The notes: generated by a model not told the origin, from the sequence alone. DNA of 62,323 bases, filler included, from Thermodesulfobacteriota bacterium (GCA_036381125.1; 8 parts of 8 records of this genome joined end to end with filler, not necessarily neighbours in it), one strand, 5' to 3'; shown: positions 45,948 to 56,598, counted from the whole stretch's first letter. Made by a program: numbers and translations.

Positions 45948-46686
45948 CGAAGATCTTCGTGATCCACGAGCACGACGTCTGGGTCGAGCCGCTCCGCGAG
46001 GCGTTCCGCGCGGAGGGGCTCCCCTTCGAGGAGTGGTTCCTCGACGAGGGCACGCTCGACCTGTCGGCCACGCCGCCCGACGGCGTCTTCTACAACCGGA
46101 TGAGCGCGTCCTCCCATACGCGCGACCACCGGTACGCGGCCGAGTACACCGGCCTCGTCCTCGCCTGGCTCGAGTCGCACGGTCGGCGCGTCGTCAACAA
46201 CGGCCGCGCCCTCCAGCTCGAGATCAGCAAGGTGGCGCAGTACGAGGCGCTCCGCGCGTTCGGCATCCGGACGCCGCGAACCGTGGCCGCGGTCGGACGC
46301 CGTCACGTGATCGAGGCAGCGCGCGCGTTCGAGCCGCCGTTCATCACGAAGCACAACCGGGCCGGCAAGGGGCTCGGCGTGCGCCTGTTCCGCTCCCACG
46401 ACGCCCTGCGCGCGTACGTCGAGGGCCCGGACTTCGAGGTGCCGGTCGACGGCGTCACCCTCGTGCAGCAGTACGTCCAGGCGCCCGAGCCCTTCATCAC
46501 CCGCGTGGAGTTCGTCGGAGGCCGGCTCCTCTACGCGGTCCGGGTCGACACCTCGCTCGGCTTCGAGCTCTGCCCGGCCGACGACTGCCGGACCGGCGAC
46601 GCCTTCTGCCCGACCACGCCGTCGCCGGCGCCCCGATTCCGCATCCTGCCGAGCTTCGACCACCCGATCGTCGAGCGCTACCGGCG
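45944..46686 (+). CDS. RimK-like ATP-grasp (alpha-L-glutamate-ligase-like), 3' truncated
   Basis: NRMSASSHTR, ALQLE.SK..Q, P.T, KHNR.GKGLGV.LF, QQYV and FELCPAD.C. Confidence 0.82.
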
Positions 46687-46786
46687 NNNNNNNNNNNNNN
46701 NNNNNNNNNNNNNNNNNNNNNNNNNNNNNNTTAATTAATTAANNNNNNNNNNNNNNNNNNNNNNNNNNNNNNNNNNNNNNNNNNNN
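46687..46786. other. Artificial contig linker
   Basis: N-run with TTAATTAATTAA. Confidence 0.99.
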
Positions 46787-47244
46787 ACGACCTCATCCCC
46801 AACCTGGTGAACACGGTGAAGGGCTTCGCGCAGCAGGAGCGCGACGTCATCGGCTCGGTCACGGAGGCGCGCGCGCGGCTGGCCGGCGCCCGGACGCGGT
46901 CCGAGCAGATCGAGGCGGCCCGCGAGGTGGAGGCGGCCCTCGCGCGCCTGCTCGTCGTCGTCGAGAACTACCCGCAGCTCAAGAGCGACGCGACCTTCAT
47001 CCGCCTCATGGACGAGCTGGCCGGGACGGAGAACCGCATCGCCGTCGAGCGGATGCGGTACAACGAGCTGGTCGCCAACTACAACATCAGGATCCAGCAG
47101 GTCCCGACGAGCTTCGTCGCGGCGGTCGGCGGGTTCGAACCGGAGGTGCCGTTCACGGCCGCACCGGGGGCCCGCGACGTGCCGACGGTCGACTTCAGCC
47201 GGAGCCCGGCGCCGGCCGCCCCCGCGGCGTCGCCGGCGAACTAG
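46787..47244 (+). CDS. lemA: LemA family protein, 5' truncated
   Basis: DLIPNLVNTVKG, VENYPQLKS and L.GTENRIAVER.RYN. Confidence 0.93.
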
Positions 47245-47262
47245 GGAGCGGGAAGGGGTCCG

Positions 47263-47844
47263 GTGGCGAGCCACGTCATCGTCGATGGCTACAACGTCAT
47301 CCGGCAACTGCCGGCGCTGGCCGACCGCGAGCGGTGGAGCCTCGAGGCGGGACGGACGGCCCTCATCGACCGGCTGGCGCGCTACCGCCGGGCCACCGGC
47401 CACCGCCTGACCGTCGTCTTCGACGGCGTCGAGGCGGGTTGGCACGAGGAGCAGCGGACGCGGGAGCGCGGCGTCGACGTCGTTTACACCGCCCGCGGCA
47501 CGCGCGCGGACGAGACGATCGTCCGGATCGCGCGGGACGCCTCGCGAGGGGCCGTGGTCGTCGTCACCGCCGACCGCGAGGTCGCCCGCCGCGTCGAGCG
47601 GGGCGGCGGGGCGGTCGTGTCGCCCGCGGCCTTCGAGGCGCGCCTCGACCGGACACGCGACGCCGGCCATGCCGGCCGTCCGCCGGCAGAGGCGGGTGCG
47701 CCGGCCCCGGCGGACGCCCCCGACCCTGCCGAGGGGCGCGACGACGACCTCGAGGACGCCGGCCCGAGGCCCGGCAAGCGGGGCAATCCGCGCAAGGCGC
47801 CGAAGGCCGAGCGCCGGGCGGCCCGCCGGATGCGGACGCTGTGA
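47263..47844 (+). CDS. YacP/Rae1-like NYN-domain ribonuclease
   Basis: IVDGYNVI, VVFDG, ADE.I and VVT.DR. Confidence 0.88.
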   Translation: MASHVIVDGYNVIRQLPALADRERWSLEAGRTALIDRLARYRRATGHRLTVVFDGVEAGWHEEQRTRERGVDVVYTARGTRADETIVRIARDASRGAVVVVTADREVARRVERGGGAVVSPAAFEARLDRTRDAGHAGRPPAEAGAPAPADAPDPAEGRDDDLEDAGPRPGKRGNPRKAPKAERRAARRMRTL

Positions 47845-49055
47845 TCGCCGTCGGGCTCATGTCGGGCACCTCGGCCGACGGGATCGACGCGGCCGTCGTC
47901 GACCTCCCGCCCGCCGGGACCCCGGGGGCGGGCCGGCTCCTCGCGCTCACCCACCACCCCTACCCCGCGGGCGTCTCCGCCCGCGTCCTCGCGGCGGGCG
48001 AGGGGCGCGCGACGACGGCGGAGATCTGCCACCTCCACGTCTACCTCGCGGAGCTCTTCGCCGAGGCCGCGCTCGCCGCCATCGCGCGGGCGGGGCTCGC
48101 GCCGGACGACGTCGCGGTCATCGGCTCGCACGGGCAGACGGTGTACCACGCGCCGGAGCCGCGCGAGGAGCCGTCGCTCGGCTCACGCCCCGTCCGGGTG
48201 CGCGCCACGCTGCAGCTCGGGCAGCCGCAGGTCATCGCCGAGCGGACGGGCGTGACGACGGTGGCCGACTTCCGGCCGCGCGACCTCGCGGCCGGCGGCC
48301 AGGGGGCGCCGCTCGCCACCTACGCGCACGCGCTCCTCTTCGGCCGCCCCGACGCCGCCGTCGCCGTGCAGAACCTCGGCGGGATCGCCAACGTCACCTT
48401 CGTCCCGGCCGGCGCCGGACCCGACCGGGTCCTCGCCTTCGACACCGGGCCCGCCAACATGGTCATCGACGGCCTCGTCCGGCTCGCGACCGGCGGCCGG
48501 GAGACGTACGATCGCGACGGCACCCGCGCGGCGCGCGGCCGCGTCCACGCCGGGCTCCTCGAGGCGCTGCTCGAGGAGCCCTACTTCGCGCGGCGGCCCC
48601 CCAAGTCGACCGGCCGGGAGCGGTTCGGCGAGCCGTACCTCGCGGCCGTCCGGTCGCGCGGCGCGGCGCTCGGCCTCGCCGACGACGACCTGGTCGCCAC
48701 CGCCACGGCGCTCACCGCCTGGTCGGTCGCCCGGGCGTACCGGGACTTCCTGCCGCAGGCGCCCGGCCGGGTCCTCCTCTGCGGCGGCGGCGCCCGTAAC
48801 CCCACCCTGGCGCGGATGATCGCGGAAGCGGCCGCCGAGACGTTCCCGGGCGCCCCGCCCGTCGTGGAGGCGACCGACGCGGCCGGCGTGCCGGCCGAGG
48901 CGGTGGAGGCCGTGGCGTTCGCCGTCCTCGCCCGCGAGACGCTCGCGGGCCTGCCGGCCGGGCTTCCGCAGGTCACCGGCGCCGCGCGGCCGACGGTGCT
49001 CGGGGTCGTCGCGCCCGGTCGGCGCGCCGCCGATCTCTTCAGGGAGAGCCGTTGA
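47841..49055 (+). CDS. anmK: Anhydro-N-acetylmuramic acid kinase
   Basis: GLMSGTSADGID, GSHGQT, DFR..D.A.GGQGAPL, NLGGIAN, FDTGPAN and PKSTGRE.F. Confidence 0.96.
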   Translation: MIAVGLMSGTSADGIDAAVVDLPPAGTPGAGRLLALTHHPYPAGVSARVLAAGEGRATTAEICHLHVYLAELFAEAALAAIARAGLAPDDVAVIGSHGQTVYHAPEPREEPSLGSRPVRVRATLQLGQPQVIAERTGVTTVADFRPRDLAAGGQGAPLATYAHALLFGRPDAAVAVQNLGGIANVTFVPAGAGPDRVLAFDTGPANMVIDGLVRLATGGRETYDRDGTRAARGRVHAGLLEALLEEPYFARRPPKSTGRERFGEPYLAAVRSRGAALGLADDDLVATATALTAWSVARAYRDFLPQAPGRVLLCGGGARNPTLARMIAEAAAETFPGAPPVVEATDAAGVPAEAVEAVAFAVLARETLAGLPAGLPQVTGAARPTVLGVVAPGRRAADLFRESR

Positions 49056-49792
49056 TGCCCACGTACTACGAGGTCGTTCGCGACCTCCTCGCCCGCGCGG
49101 AAACCACCCAGGGGACGACCCTCGACGCCGCCGCGGAGGCCGGCGCCGCCGCGATCGCGGCAGGCCGCCTCCTGCACGTGTTCGGCAGCGGGCACTCGGC
49201 CTCCGTCGCGGCCGAGGCGTTCCACCGGGCGGGCGGCCTCGTCCCGGTGAACGCCATCCTCGAGCCCTTCCTCTCCCCCTTCGCCCCGCCCAGGCAGGTC
49301 TCGGCCATGGAGCGCCTCCCCGGCCTCGCGGCCACGCTCCTCGACGCGAACCGGGTCGAGCGAGGCGACCTCCTCCTCGTCGCCTCGAACTCCGGCATCA
49401 ACGCCCTCCCGGTCGAGATGGCCATCGAGGGCAAGGCGCGCGGCCTCACGGTGGTGGCCGTCACCTCGGTCGCCCACTCGCGGGCCGAGGCGCCGCGGCA
49501 CGCTTCCGGCAAGCGGCTCTTCGAGCTCGCCGACCACGTGCTCGACAACGGCGGCGCGCCCGGCGACGTCGCCGTGCCGGTGCCGGGCGGTCCCGAGGGG
49601 GCGCGCATGGGCCCGACCTCCGGCGTCGTCGGCGCCTTCCTCGTGAACGCCTGGGTGGTGCGGATCGCCGAGCGCCTGGCGGCGCGCGGCATCCGGCCGC
49701 CGGTCTACGTCAGCGCGAACGTCGCGGGGGGCGACGCGCACAACCGCGAGGCGGAGGCGCCTTACCGCGGCCGCATCCGCCTGCTGTCCTGA
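49055..49792 (+). CDS. SIS-domain phosphosugar enzyme (UPF0309/NagS-like, not MurQ)
   Basis: FGSGHS…E.F.RAGG, SNSG.N..PVE.A, RH.SGKRL, DN…GD and PP…SAN..GGD. Confidence 0.8.
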   Translation: MPTYYEVVRDLLARAETTQGTTLDAAAEAGAAAIAAGRLLHVFGSGHSASVAAEAFHRAGGLVPVNAILEPFLSPFAPPRQVSAMERLPGLAATLLDANRVERGDLLLVASNSGINALPVEMAIEGKARGLTVVAVTSVAHSRAEAPRHASGKRLFELADHVLDNGGAPGDVAVPVPGGPEGARMGPTSGVVGAFLVNAWVVRIAERLAARGIRPPVYVSANVAGGDAHNREAEAPYRGRIRLLS

Positions 49793-49805
49793 CGGCGGGG
49801 GCGCG

Positions 49806-51035
49806 ATGGGGGACCGCCGCCTCCTCGTCGCCGGCCGGCTCCTCACCCCCGACGGGGTCGTCGAAGGGGGCGCCTGCGTCGAGGTCGAGGACGGGTACGT
49901 CGCGCGACTCGGCGTGCGCGCCGGCATCGAGGCGGCGCCCGGCATGCCGGTGGACGACTTCGGCGAGGAGGCCTGGCTCGCGCCCGGCTACGTCGACCTC
50001 CAGGTCAACGGCGGCGGCGGCTCCGACCTCATGGCCGGCGCCGGGGCGCTCGCGGTGGCCGGCCGCGCCCACCTCGCCCGCGGCGTCACCGCCTGGTGCC
50101 CGACGGTCATCACCGCGCCGCGCGACGCCCTCCTGCGAGCGCTCGACGACCTCTCCCGCGACCTCGAGCGGGCCGACCCGGCGACCCTCCCGGCCTGCCT
50201 CGGCCTCCACGTGGAGGGGCCGTTCATCGCCCACGGCGCCCGCGGCGTGCACGACCCCGGCGCCCTGCGCGACCCCGACCTCGCCGAGGTGGACGCCTGG
50301 CAGGCGGCCGCGCGGGGCCGCGTCCGGCTCGTGACGCTCGCGCCGGAGCGGCGCGACGCGCTCGCCGCCGTGCGCGGCCTCGTCTCGCACGGCATCGCCG
50401 TCTCGATCGGCCACACCGAGGCGACGGCCGAGCAGGTCCGCGCGGCGGCCGACGCCGGCGCGCGCCTCGTGACGCACACGTTCAACGGCATGCGGGGGCT
50501 CCACCACCGGGAGGTCGGGCCGGTCGGGATGGCGCTCCTCGACGAGCGCCTCCACCCCGCGATCATCCCCGACGGCCTGCACGTGGGGGCCGACGCGCTG
50601 CGCCTCTTCCACCGGCTCGCCGGCTCCCGCCACCGTTCCGGCCGCGGCTTCCTCGTCACCGATGCGGCAAGCCCCGCGGGGCTGCCGGCCGGCGCGACCG
50701 GGACCTTCACGATCGGAGGCCGGCCGGTCGCCTACGCGGCGGGCCGGGTCACCGACGAGGCGGGCCGGCTGGCGGGCAGCGCCCTCACCATGGACGCCGC
50801 GGCCGCCACGTACGCGCGTCTGGCCGGCGCGTCACCCGAGTCCGCCCTCCGGATGGCGACGGAGCGGCCGGCGCGGGCCCTCGAGGCCGGGCTCGCGGCC
50901 GGACCCGGCGCCGCCGCCTCCCCCCTCGCGTCCGCCGGCCGCCTCGTGGTCGGCGGTCCGGCCGACCTCGTCGCCGTCGGCCCCGACCTCGCGCTGCTGG
51001 CCGTCTACCGCCTCGGCCGGCGCGTCGGCGTCTGA
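49806..51035 (+). CDS. nagA: N-acetylglucosamine-6-phosphate deacetylase
   Basis: GYVDLQVNG, HVEGPF, TLAPE, GHT.A, THTFNGM, DGLH, VTDA and LAGS. Confidence 0.93.
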   Translation: MGDRRLLVAGRLLTPDGVVEGGACVEVEDGYVARLGVRAGIEAAPGMPVDDFGEEAWLAPGYVDLQVNGGGGSDLMAGAGALAVAGRAHLARGVTAWCPTVITAPRDALLRALDDLSRDLERADPATLPACLGLHVEGPFIAHGARGVHDPGALRDPDLAEVDAWQAAARGRVRLVTLAPERRDALAAVRGLVSHGIAVSIGHTEATAEQVRAAADAGARLVTHTFNGMRGLHHREVGPVGMALLDERLHPAIIPDGLHVGADALRLFHRLAGSRHRSGRGFLVTDAASPAGLPAGATGTFTIGGRPVAYAAGRVTDEAGRLAGSALTMDAAAATYARLAGASPESALRMATERPARALEAGLAAGPGAAASPLASAGRLVVGGPADLVAVGPDLALLAVYRLGRRVGV

Positions 51036-51111
51036 GCCGGCCGCAGCCGTCCCCGGCCTTGCCGCCGAGCAGGCCACGGACCTCGCGCCGACGGGCGGAT
51101 CGCCGCCGTCG

Positions 51112-52353
51112 TCAGGGCGCGCCGGCCGCGGCGACCGGCACGAAGAGGTCGAGGTCGATCGCGGCCGCCATGGCCGCGTAGCCTGCCGGGTTGGGATGCA
51201 CGTGGTCGCCCGAGTCGTACTCGGGGCGGAGACGGTCCGGGTCGGTCGGGTCGCGAAGCACGGCGTCGAAGTCGATCACGCCCCGGTAGGCGTCCGCCTC
51301 GCGTATCCAGGCGTTCACCGCGTGGCGGACGGCGTGCATCGCGGCGGGGTTCGAGTAGGTGCGCGGCCCGATGGTCGCGCCGACGACCGCGATGCCCCGT
51401 TCGGCCGCCCGCGCGGCGACCTGCTCGAGCGCGGCGATCACCTGGTCGGCGCCGGCGCCCCTGGCGATGTCGTTGCTCCCGTGGAAGAGGATCAGGTGGC
51501 TTGCGCCGGCGAGGTCGAGGGCGTCGGCGTCGAGCCGCTCGAGGCCGGGCGGGCCGGCGCCGGGGCTCGACGGCCAGGCGAGGAGGGTGTTGCCGCCGAT
51601 GCCCGCGTTGACGACGGCGCGTCGCTCGGCCGCCGGCCGCTCGCCGAGCCTCCGCGCCAGCCGGTCGGTCCACCGGTCGTAGCCGTCGGGCGTGGCGCCG
51701 ACCCCCTCGGTGCTCGAGCTGCCGAAGGCCACGACCGCGCCGGCCGCCGTGGAGAGGACGTCGATCCCCGCCACCCAGAGCGTCCAGCCGGTTGCCGCGA
51801 CGAAGGGTGATGCGCCTTCCTCGCCCACGGCGTCGCCGGCCCCGGCCGCGGTCCGGTACGAGGTCACGAGCGCGTTGCGGTGTCCGCTCGCCGGGGCCTC
51901 CGGGCCGGGCACGTAGAGGCTCACGGCGAGGTCGGCCTGCTCCTGGACCGGCAGCTCCACCGGATCGCTCGTGACGCGCGCGCCCGGCGGCAGCGTCACC
52001 GCGAGGTCGCCGCCGAAGGTCACGCGGCGCAGCGTCCCGGGGACGACCGCCGCGCCCGCCGCCCGCAGGCCGACCGAGACGCCGCCGAAGGTGACCGCCG
52101 TCTCGCCGAACCGGTTCTCGAGGCGCACCCGCAGCGCGGTCCCCGAGGCGGTCGGCCGCAGGACCATGCGCACGGTCGTGTCGGTGACCGCCTCGCCGGC
52201 CGGACCACGGGCGTCCTGAGCGGCGCCGACCGCCGCCACCCACCGGCGCGGCGCCTCGTCGGGCGACTCGCGCCAGACCTCGCTCCCACCGCACCCGACC
52301 AGGAGCAGCGCCGACGCCACCGGCGCCGCGAGTGCGCGGGCGAGCCTCGGCAT
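51112..52353 (-). CDS. SGNH/GDSL hydrolase lipoprotein
   Basis: Lipobox LVGC; blocks GSSSTEG, NAGIGG, GSND and GDHVHP. Confidence 0.85.
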   Translation of the reverse strand: MPRLARALAAPVASALLLVGCGGSEVWRESPDEAPRRWVAAVGAAQDARGPAGEAVTDTTVRMVLRPTASGTALRVRLENRFGETAVTFGGVSVGLRAAGAAVVPGTLRRVTFGGDLAVTLPPGARVTSDPVELPVQEQADLAVSLYVPGPEAPASGHRNALVTSYRTAAGAGDAVGEEGASPFVAATGWTLWVAGIDVLSTAAGAVVAFGSSSTEGVGATPDGYDRWTDRLARRLGERPAAERRAVVNAGIGGNTLLAWPSSPGAGPPGLERLDADALDLAGASHLILFHGSNDIARGAGADQVIAALEQVAARAAERGIAVVGATIGPRTYSNPAAMHAVRHAVNAWIREADAYRGVIDFDAVLRDPTDPDRLRPEYDSGDHVHPNPAGYAAMAAAIDLDLFVPVAAAGAP

Positions 52354-52429
52354 GCCGCCCGGCCAGGCAAGGGGCGTACCGCTACCCGGGTAAACCCCAG
52401 CCTGGCGACGAAGAGGCAGGAGACCCGGG

Positions 52430-52774
52430 CTAGCGCTCGATGTAGACGACCACCTCGCCCGCCTCGACCGCCACGCGAAGGGGGTCGAGGCCGGCGCCGA
52501 GGGGGGGACCGGCGACGCAGGCGCCGGTGTCCGGCTCGTAGAGGGCGCCGTGGGTCGGGCAGACGAGGTAGCGGCACTCGCGGTCGAAGAACTCGTTCTC
52601 GAACCAGTCGAGCGACACGGGAATGTGCGCGCACTCGTTCACGAACGCGCGGATCGTGCCGTGGTAGTTGAGGACGAAGCCGCCTCGCCGGCGGCCTCCC
52701 GCCTCCCAGGAAAACTTCGCGGTCGCGCCGTGCGGGAGGTCGGCCGCGTTGACGACCGGGATCCGGAGCGTCAT
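52430..52774 (-). CDS. Rieske [2Fe-2S] ferredoxin
   Basis: NECAH…CPTHGA.Y…G.C..GP; ATGA overlap with nagZ. Confidence 0.92.
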   Translation of the reverse strand: MTLRIPVVNAADLPHGATAKFSWEAGGRRRGGFVLNYHGTIRAFVNECAHIPVSLDWFENEFFDRECRYLVCPTHGALYEPDTGACVAGPPLGAGLDPLRVAVEAGEVVVYIER

Positions 52775-53561
52775 CCGCGCGCCTCGGTCGGATCGAGGCC
52801 GCGGGTCGCCAGGCGCGGCGCCGCGGCCCCGGCGCGGGCGAGGACCTCGGCCGCGAGCGCCGCGTGCGCCTCGCAGCCGACCACCCCGAGGCGCTCCGGG
52901 TCGGGCGCCACGACCTGCGGGTCGTCGGCCGGCGCGTATCGCGACGCGAGGCGGGCGATGCGCGCGAGCGACGCCTCGACGCGCGCGGCCGACACCCTCC
53001 CGCTCGCCATCGCCGCACGGACCGCGTCGACGGCCCGCCGCTGCCGCTCGGCGTCGTGGCAGACCAGCAGGAGGTCGCACCCCGCCTCGACGGCCATCAC
53101 CACCGCCTCCTCCCAGCCGAAACGGTCCGCGATGGCGGCCATCTCGAGGTCGTCGGTGGCGACGACGCCGTCGAAGCCGAGCCGGCGCCGCAGGATCCCC
53201 TCCACGATGGCGGGCGACAGGGTGGCAGGCCGGTCGGGGTCGAGCGCCGGGTACACGACGTGCGCGGTCAGGACCATCGGCACGCCGGCGGCGACGGCGG
53301 CGGCGAAGGGGGCGATCTCGACCGCCTCGAGCCGCGCGCGGTCGTGGGAGACGACGGGCAGGGCGTGGTGGCGGTCCTCCGCCGTGTCGCCGTGGCCCGG
53401 GAAGTGCTTCGCGCAGGCCGCCACGCCGCCCGCCTCGAGGCCGCGCGCGAACGCGAGCCCGAGCCGCACGACGGCCTCCGGGTCGCGGCCGAAGCTGCGC
53501 CGCGCGATCACCGGGTTGGCCGGGTTGGTGAGGACGTCCAGGACCGGCGCGAAGTCGACCG
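52771..53561 (-). CDS. nagZ: Beta-N-acetylhexosaminidase (GH3), 5' truncated
   Basis: FAPVLD, RSFG, KHFPGHGDT..D.H and TDDLEM. Confidence 0.92.
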
Positions 53562-53661
53562 NNNNNNNNNNNNNNNNNNNNNNNNNNNNNNNNNNNNNNN
53601 NNNNNTTAATTAATTAANNNNNNNNNNNNNNNNNNNNNNNNNNNNNNNNNNNNNNNNNNNN
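53562..53661. other. Artificial contig linker
   Basis: N-run with TTAATTAATTAA. Confidence 0.99.
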
Positions 53662-55537
53662 GGATCTCGCCCGCGTTGCCGGCGAGGAGGTAGAGCAGCG
53701 TCTTCTTGATGTTGTCGAAGATCCGGCGCCCCTCCTCGATGGCGTTCACGATGGAGACGAAGTTGTCGTCCGTGACGACGATGTCGGCGGCCTGCTTGGT
53801 CACCTCGGTCCCGCTGCCCATCGCGATGCCGACCGACGCCTCGCGCACCGCCGGCGCGTCGTTCACGCCGTCGCCCGTCATGGCGACCACGAGGCCGGCG
53901 CGCCTGGCCGCGCGGACGATGCGCAGCTTGTGCTCGGGCAGGACGCGCGCGAAGACCGCCGCGCGGGCGATCGCGCGGTCGAGGCCGGCCTCGTCGAGCC
54001 GATCGAGGTCGGCGCCGGTGAGGACCTCGCCCCCCTCGTCGAGGATGCCGACCTCGCGCGCCACGGCGGCCGCCGTGGCCGGGTGGTCCCCCGTGATCAT
54101 GACGACGCGGACGCCGGCCGCGCGGCAGCGGGCGACGGCGTCGGCCGCCTCGGGCCTCGGCGCGTCGGCCAGCCCGACGAGCCCGACGAGCGTGAGGTCG
54201 CGGTCGGCCTCCTCGGGCTGCCACGCGCCGCCCGGGAGGCGCCGCTCGGCCACCGCGAGGACGCGGAGCGCGTCGCGCGCGAACGCGTCGGCCGTGGCCG
54301 CCGCGTCGGCCGGCGCGCCGGGACAGCGCGGCAGGATCACCTCCGGCGCCCCCTTCACGTAGGCCGTGAGCCCCTGGCCGGTGCGCCGCCCGACCGCCAT
54401 TCGCTTGCGGCTCGAGTCGAAGGGCACCTCGCCCACGCGCGGCTCCGCCGCCTCGATGTCGCGCCGGTCGATCCCCTCGGCGGCGGCGGCGACGAGGAGC
54501 GCCGTTTCCGTCGGGTCCCCCACGGCGACGCCGCCGTTCAGCTCGGCGTCGTTGCAGGCGGCCGCCGCGTGGAGGAGCCGGCGGGTGTCGCCGTCCGGCG
54601 TCCACGTGCGGCGCACCTGGAGCCGGCCGACCGTCAGCGTCCCCGTCTTGTCGGTCGCGACGAGCTCGGCCGAGCCGAGCGTCTCGACCGCCGGCAGGCG
54701 GCGCACGAGCGCCCGTCGGCGCGCCATCCGCTGGACGCCGACGGCGAGCGCGAGCGTGACGACCGCGGGGAGGCCTTCGGGGATCGCGGCCACGGCGAGG
54801 CTGAGCGCCGCGAGCACCATCTCGAGCAGCGGCACGCCGCGCAGCACCCCGAGGACGAAGACGACGGCGACGATCCCCCCGGCGAGGAGGACGAGGTACC
54901 GCGACACGGCGTCGAGGCGGCGCTGGAGCGGGGTCGTGTCCTGGCCCGCCGTCTCGATCATGCGGGCGATGCGCCCCATCTCGGTCGCCATCCCGGTGGC
55001 GGTCACCACCGCCCGCCCCTGGCCCCGCGTCACCGCCGTGCCGGCGAGGAGCCTGTCGCCGTCCCGCCGCCGCACCGGGAACGACTCGCCGGTGACGATC
55101 GCCTCGTTCACCTGCAGGTCGGCCGACTCGACCACCTCGGCGTCGGCCGCGACGATGTCGCCCGCCTCGACCACGAGGAGGTCGCCGCGGACGATCGTCT
55201 CCGAGGGGACCATGACCGAATGGCCGTCGCGGACGACGCGCGCCCTCGGGGCGGTCATCTTGCGCAGGGCGGCCAGCGCCGACTCGGCCCGCCGCTCCTG
55301 CGTGACCCCGACGCCGGCGTTCAGCAGGACGATGCCGACGATCGCGATCGCCTCGGGCCAGTCGCGCAGGGCGAACGAGACGGCAGCAGCCCCCAGGAGG
55401 ACCCAGATGACGAGCCCCTCGAACTGGCGGGCGAACAGCGCGGCAAGCGAGGGGGGCGGCGCCTCCTCGAGCCGGTTCGGCCCCTCGGCGGCGAGACGCT
55501 CGGCGGCCTCGGCCGCGGAGAGCCCGGCAGGGGTCAC
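53662..55537 (-). CDS. P-type ATPase (P2A, Ca2+-like), 3' truncated
   Basis: TGES, AIPEGLP, DKTGTLT, KGAPE, MITGD and GDGVNDAP. Confidence 0.94.
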
Positions 55538-56529
55538 CGGATCAGGACCGCACTCAGCGGGCGACGCGGCGCGCGCGGCAGCGGGGGCGCGTACCCGAGC
55601 CGCAACAGGAGCTGCGCGTGCCCCTCGACCTCGAGCCGCCTGGTCACGTCGGCCCGCAGGCCCGGCACCTCGCACGGGGCGTTGAGGTGGGCGAGCTGGA
55701 CGTCGAGCGTCGTGGCGGTGAGGGCGAAGCGCTCGAACGTCCGGCCGGCCGCCACCCAGGCGCGCCGATCGTCCGCCGTCGTGGTCACGAGGGCGAGCGC
55801 CGCCGAGCTGCGGATGAGCCGCTCGTCCTTGACGGCCTGCCGCACGCCGGTGAGCACGAACCTGAGTCCCCACTCCCCGACCCACCGCGGCGCCTCGGGC
55901 ACGTCGAGCGATCCGGCGGTCAGGCCGTCGCCCCGGACGGCCGCGTCGGCGGCGTTGAACCGGATCCAGGCGGCCAGCTCGTTGCGGAACGCCTCGTCGT
56001 CGAGCTGTCGGCTGTCGGCCTCCCGCACGAGGTCGACCACCGTCTCGAAGGCGGCCGGATCCGAGCGGACGTGGACGAGGACGCCCGGCTCGCAGGGCAC
56101 CGCCGCGAGCCGGCCGAGGTCCGCCGGCGGGATCGGCCGGCCGTCGTAGTCGCGCCGGTTCGTCTGCCGCCGCGCGATGGCGTCGACGAGCGGCGAGGAG
56201 ACGGGCGGCGCGGGGGTCAGGCGGACGCGCAGACAGCCGTCCGGCTCGCCGGGGGCGAAGAGGTCCACGGTCGGCTCGTACCCCGCGTGCCGGGCCGCGA
56301 GGACGAGGTTCTCGAGGGCGCAGCCGAGGCTGATGAACAGCTCCCGATCCTCCGGGTCGATGACCGGCAGCCGGCGGGAGCCGTCCGGGAGGATCCGGAT
56401 GAGCGGCCCGTCTATGGCGAATCGCCACGGCTGGGTGTTGTGCGTCGAGGGCGCGAGCACCGCGTACCCGATCAGCGCCTTCATCACCTCGAGCGTGGGG
56501 TACCCGGCCGGACCGGTCAGTGCGCGCAC
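55534..56529 (-). CDS. Acg-family FMN-binding nitroreductase-like protein
   Basis: LAPSTHNTQPW, SLGCALENL, RQTNR and LLRLGY..P…PRRP; GAGGAG RBS before GTG 56529. Confidence 0.87.
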   Translation of the reverse strand: MRALTGPAGYPTLEVMKALIGYAVLAPSTHNTQPWRFAIDGPLIRILPDGSRRLPVIDPEDRELFISLGCALENLVLAARHAGYEPTVDLFAPGEPDGCLRVRLTPAPPVSSPLVDAIARRQTNRRDYDGRPIPPADLGRLAAVPCEPGVLVHVRSDPAAFETVVDLVREADSRQLDDEAFRNELAAWIRFNAADAAVRGDGLTAGSLDVPEAPRWVGEWGLRFVLTGVRQAVKDERLIRSSAALALVTTTADDRRAWVAAGRTFERFALTATTLDVQLAHLNAPCEVPGLRADVTRRLEVEGHAQLLLRLGYAPPLPRAPRRPLSAVLIR

Positions 56530-56583
56530 GCAGGTCGTCTCCTCGTCGTCCGGTGCACCCGCACCGGGCCGCACCGATCTCCC

Positions 56584-56598
56584 GCAACAGCCGTGCCA
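56584..56598 (-). promoter_or_regulatory. sigma54 promoter
   Basis: Minus strand TGGCACGGCTGTTGC matches TGGCAC-N5-TTGC. Confidence 0.8.

Noticed and set aside
51700-51730. GSS instead of GDS in SGNH block I
   Set aside because: The nucleophile Ser and DxxH are intact; a minor variation.
53606-56587. Apparent long or fused ORFs (993 aa ATPase, 913 aa at 43126, 558 aa at 4335, 658 aa at 21881)
   Set aside because: The N-terminal extensions are off-frame read-through of neighbouring genes; true starts lie downstream with RBS or stop-start overlaps.
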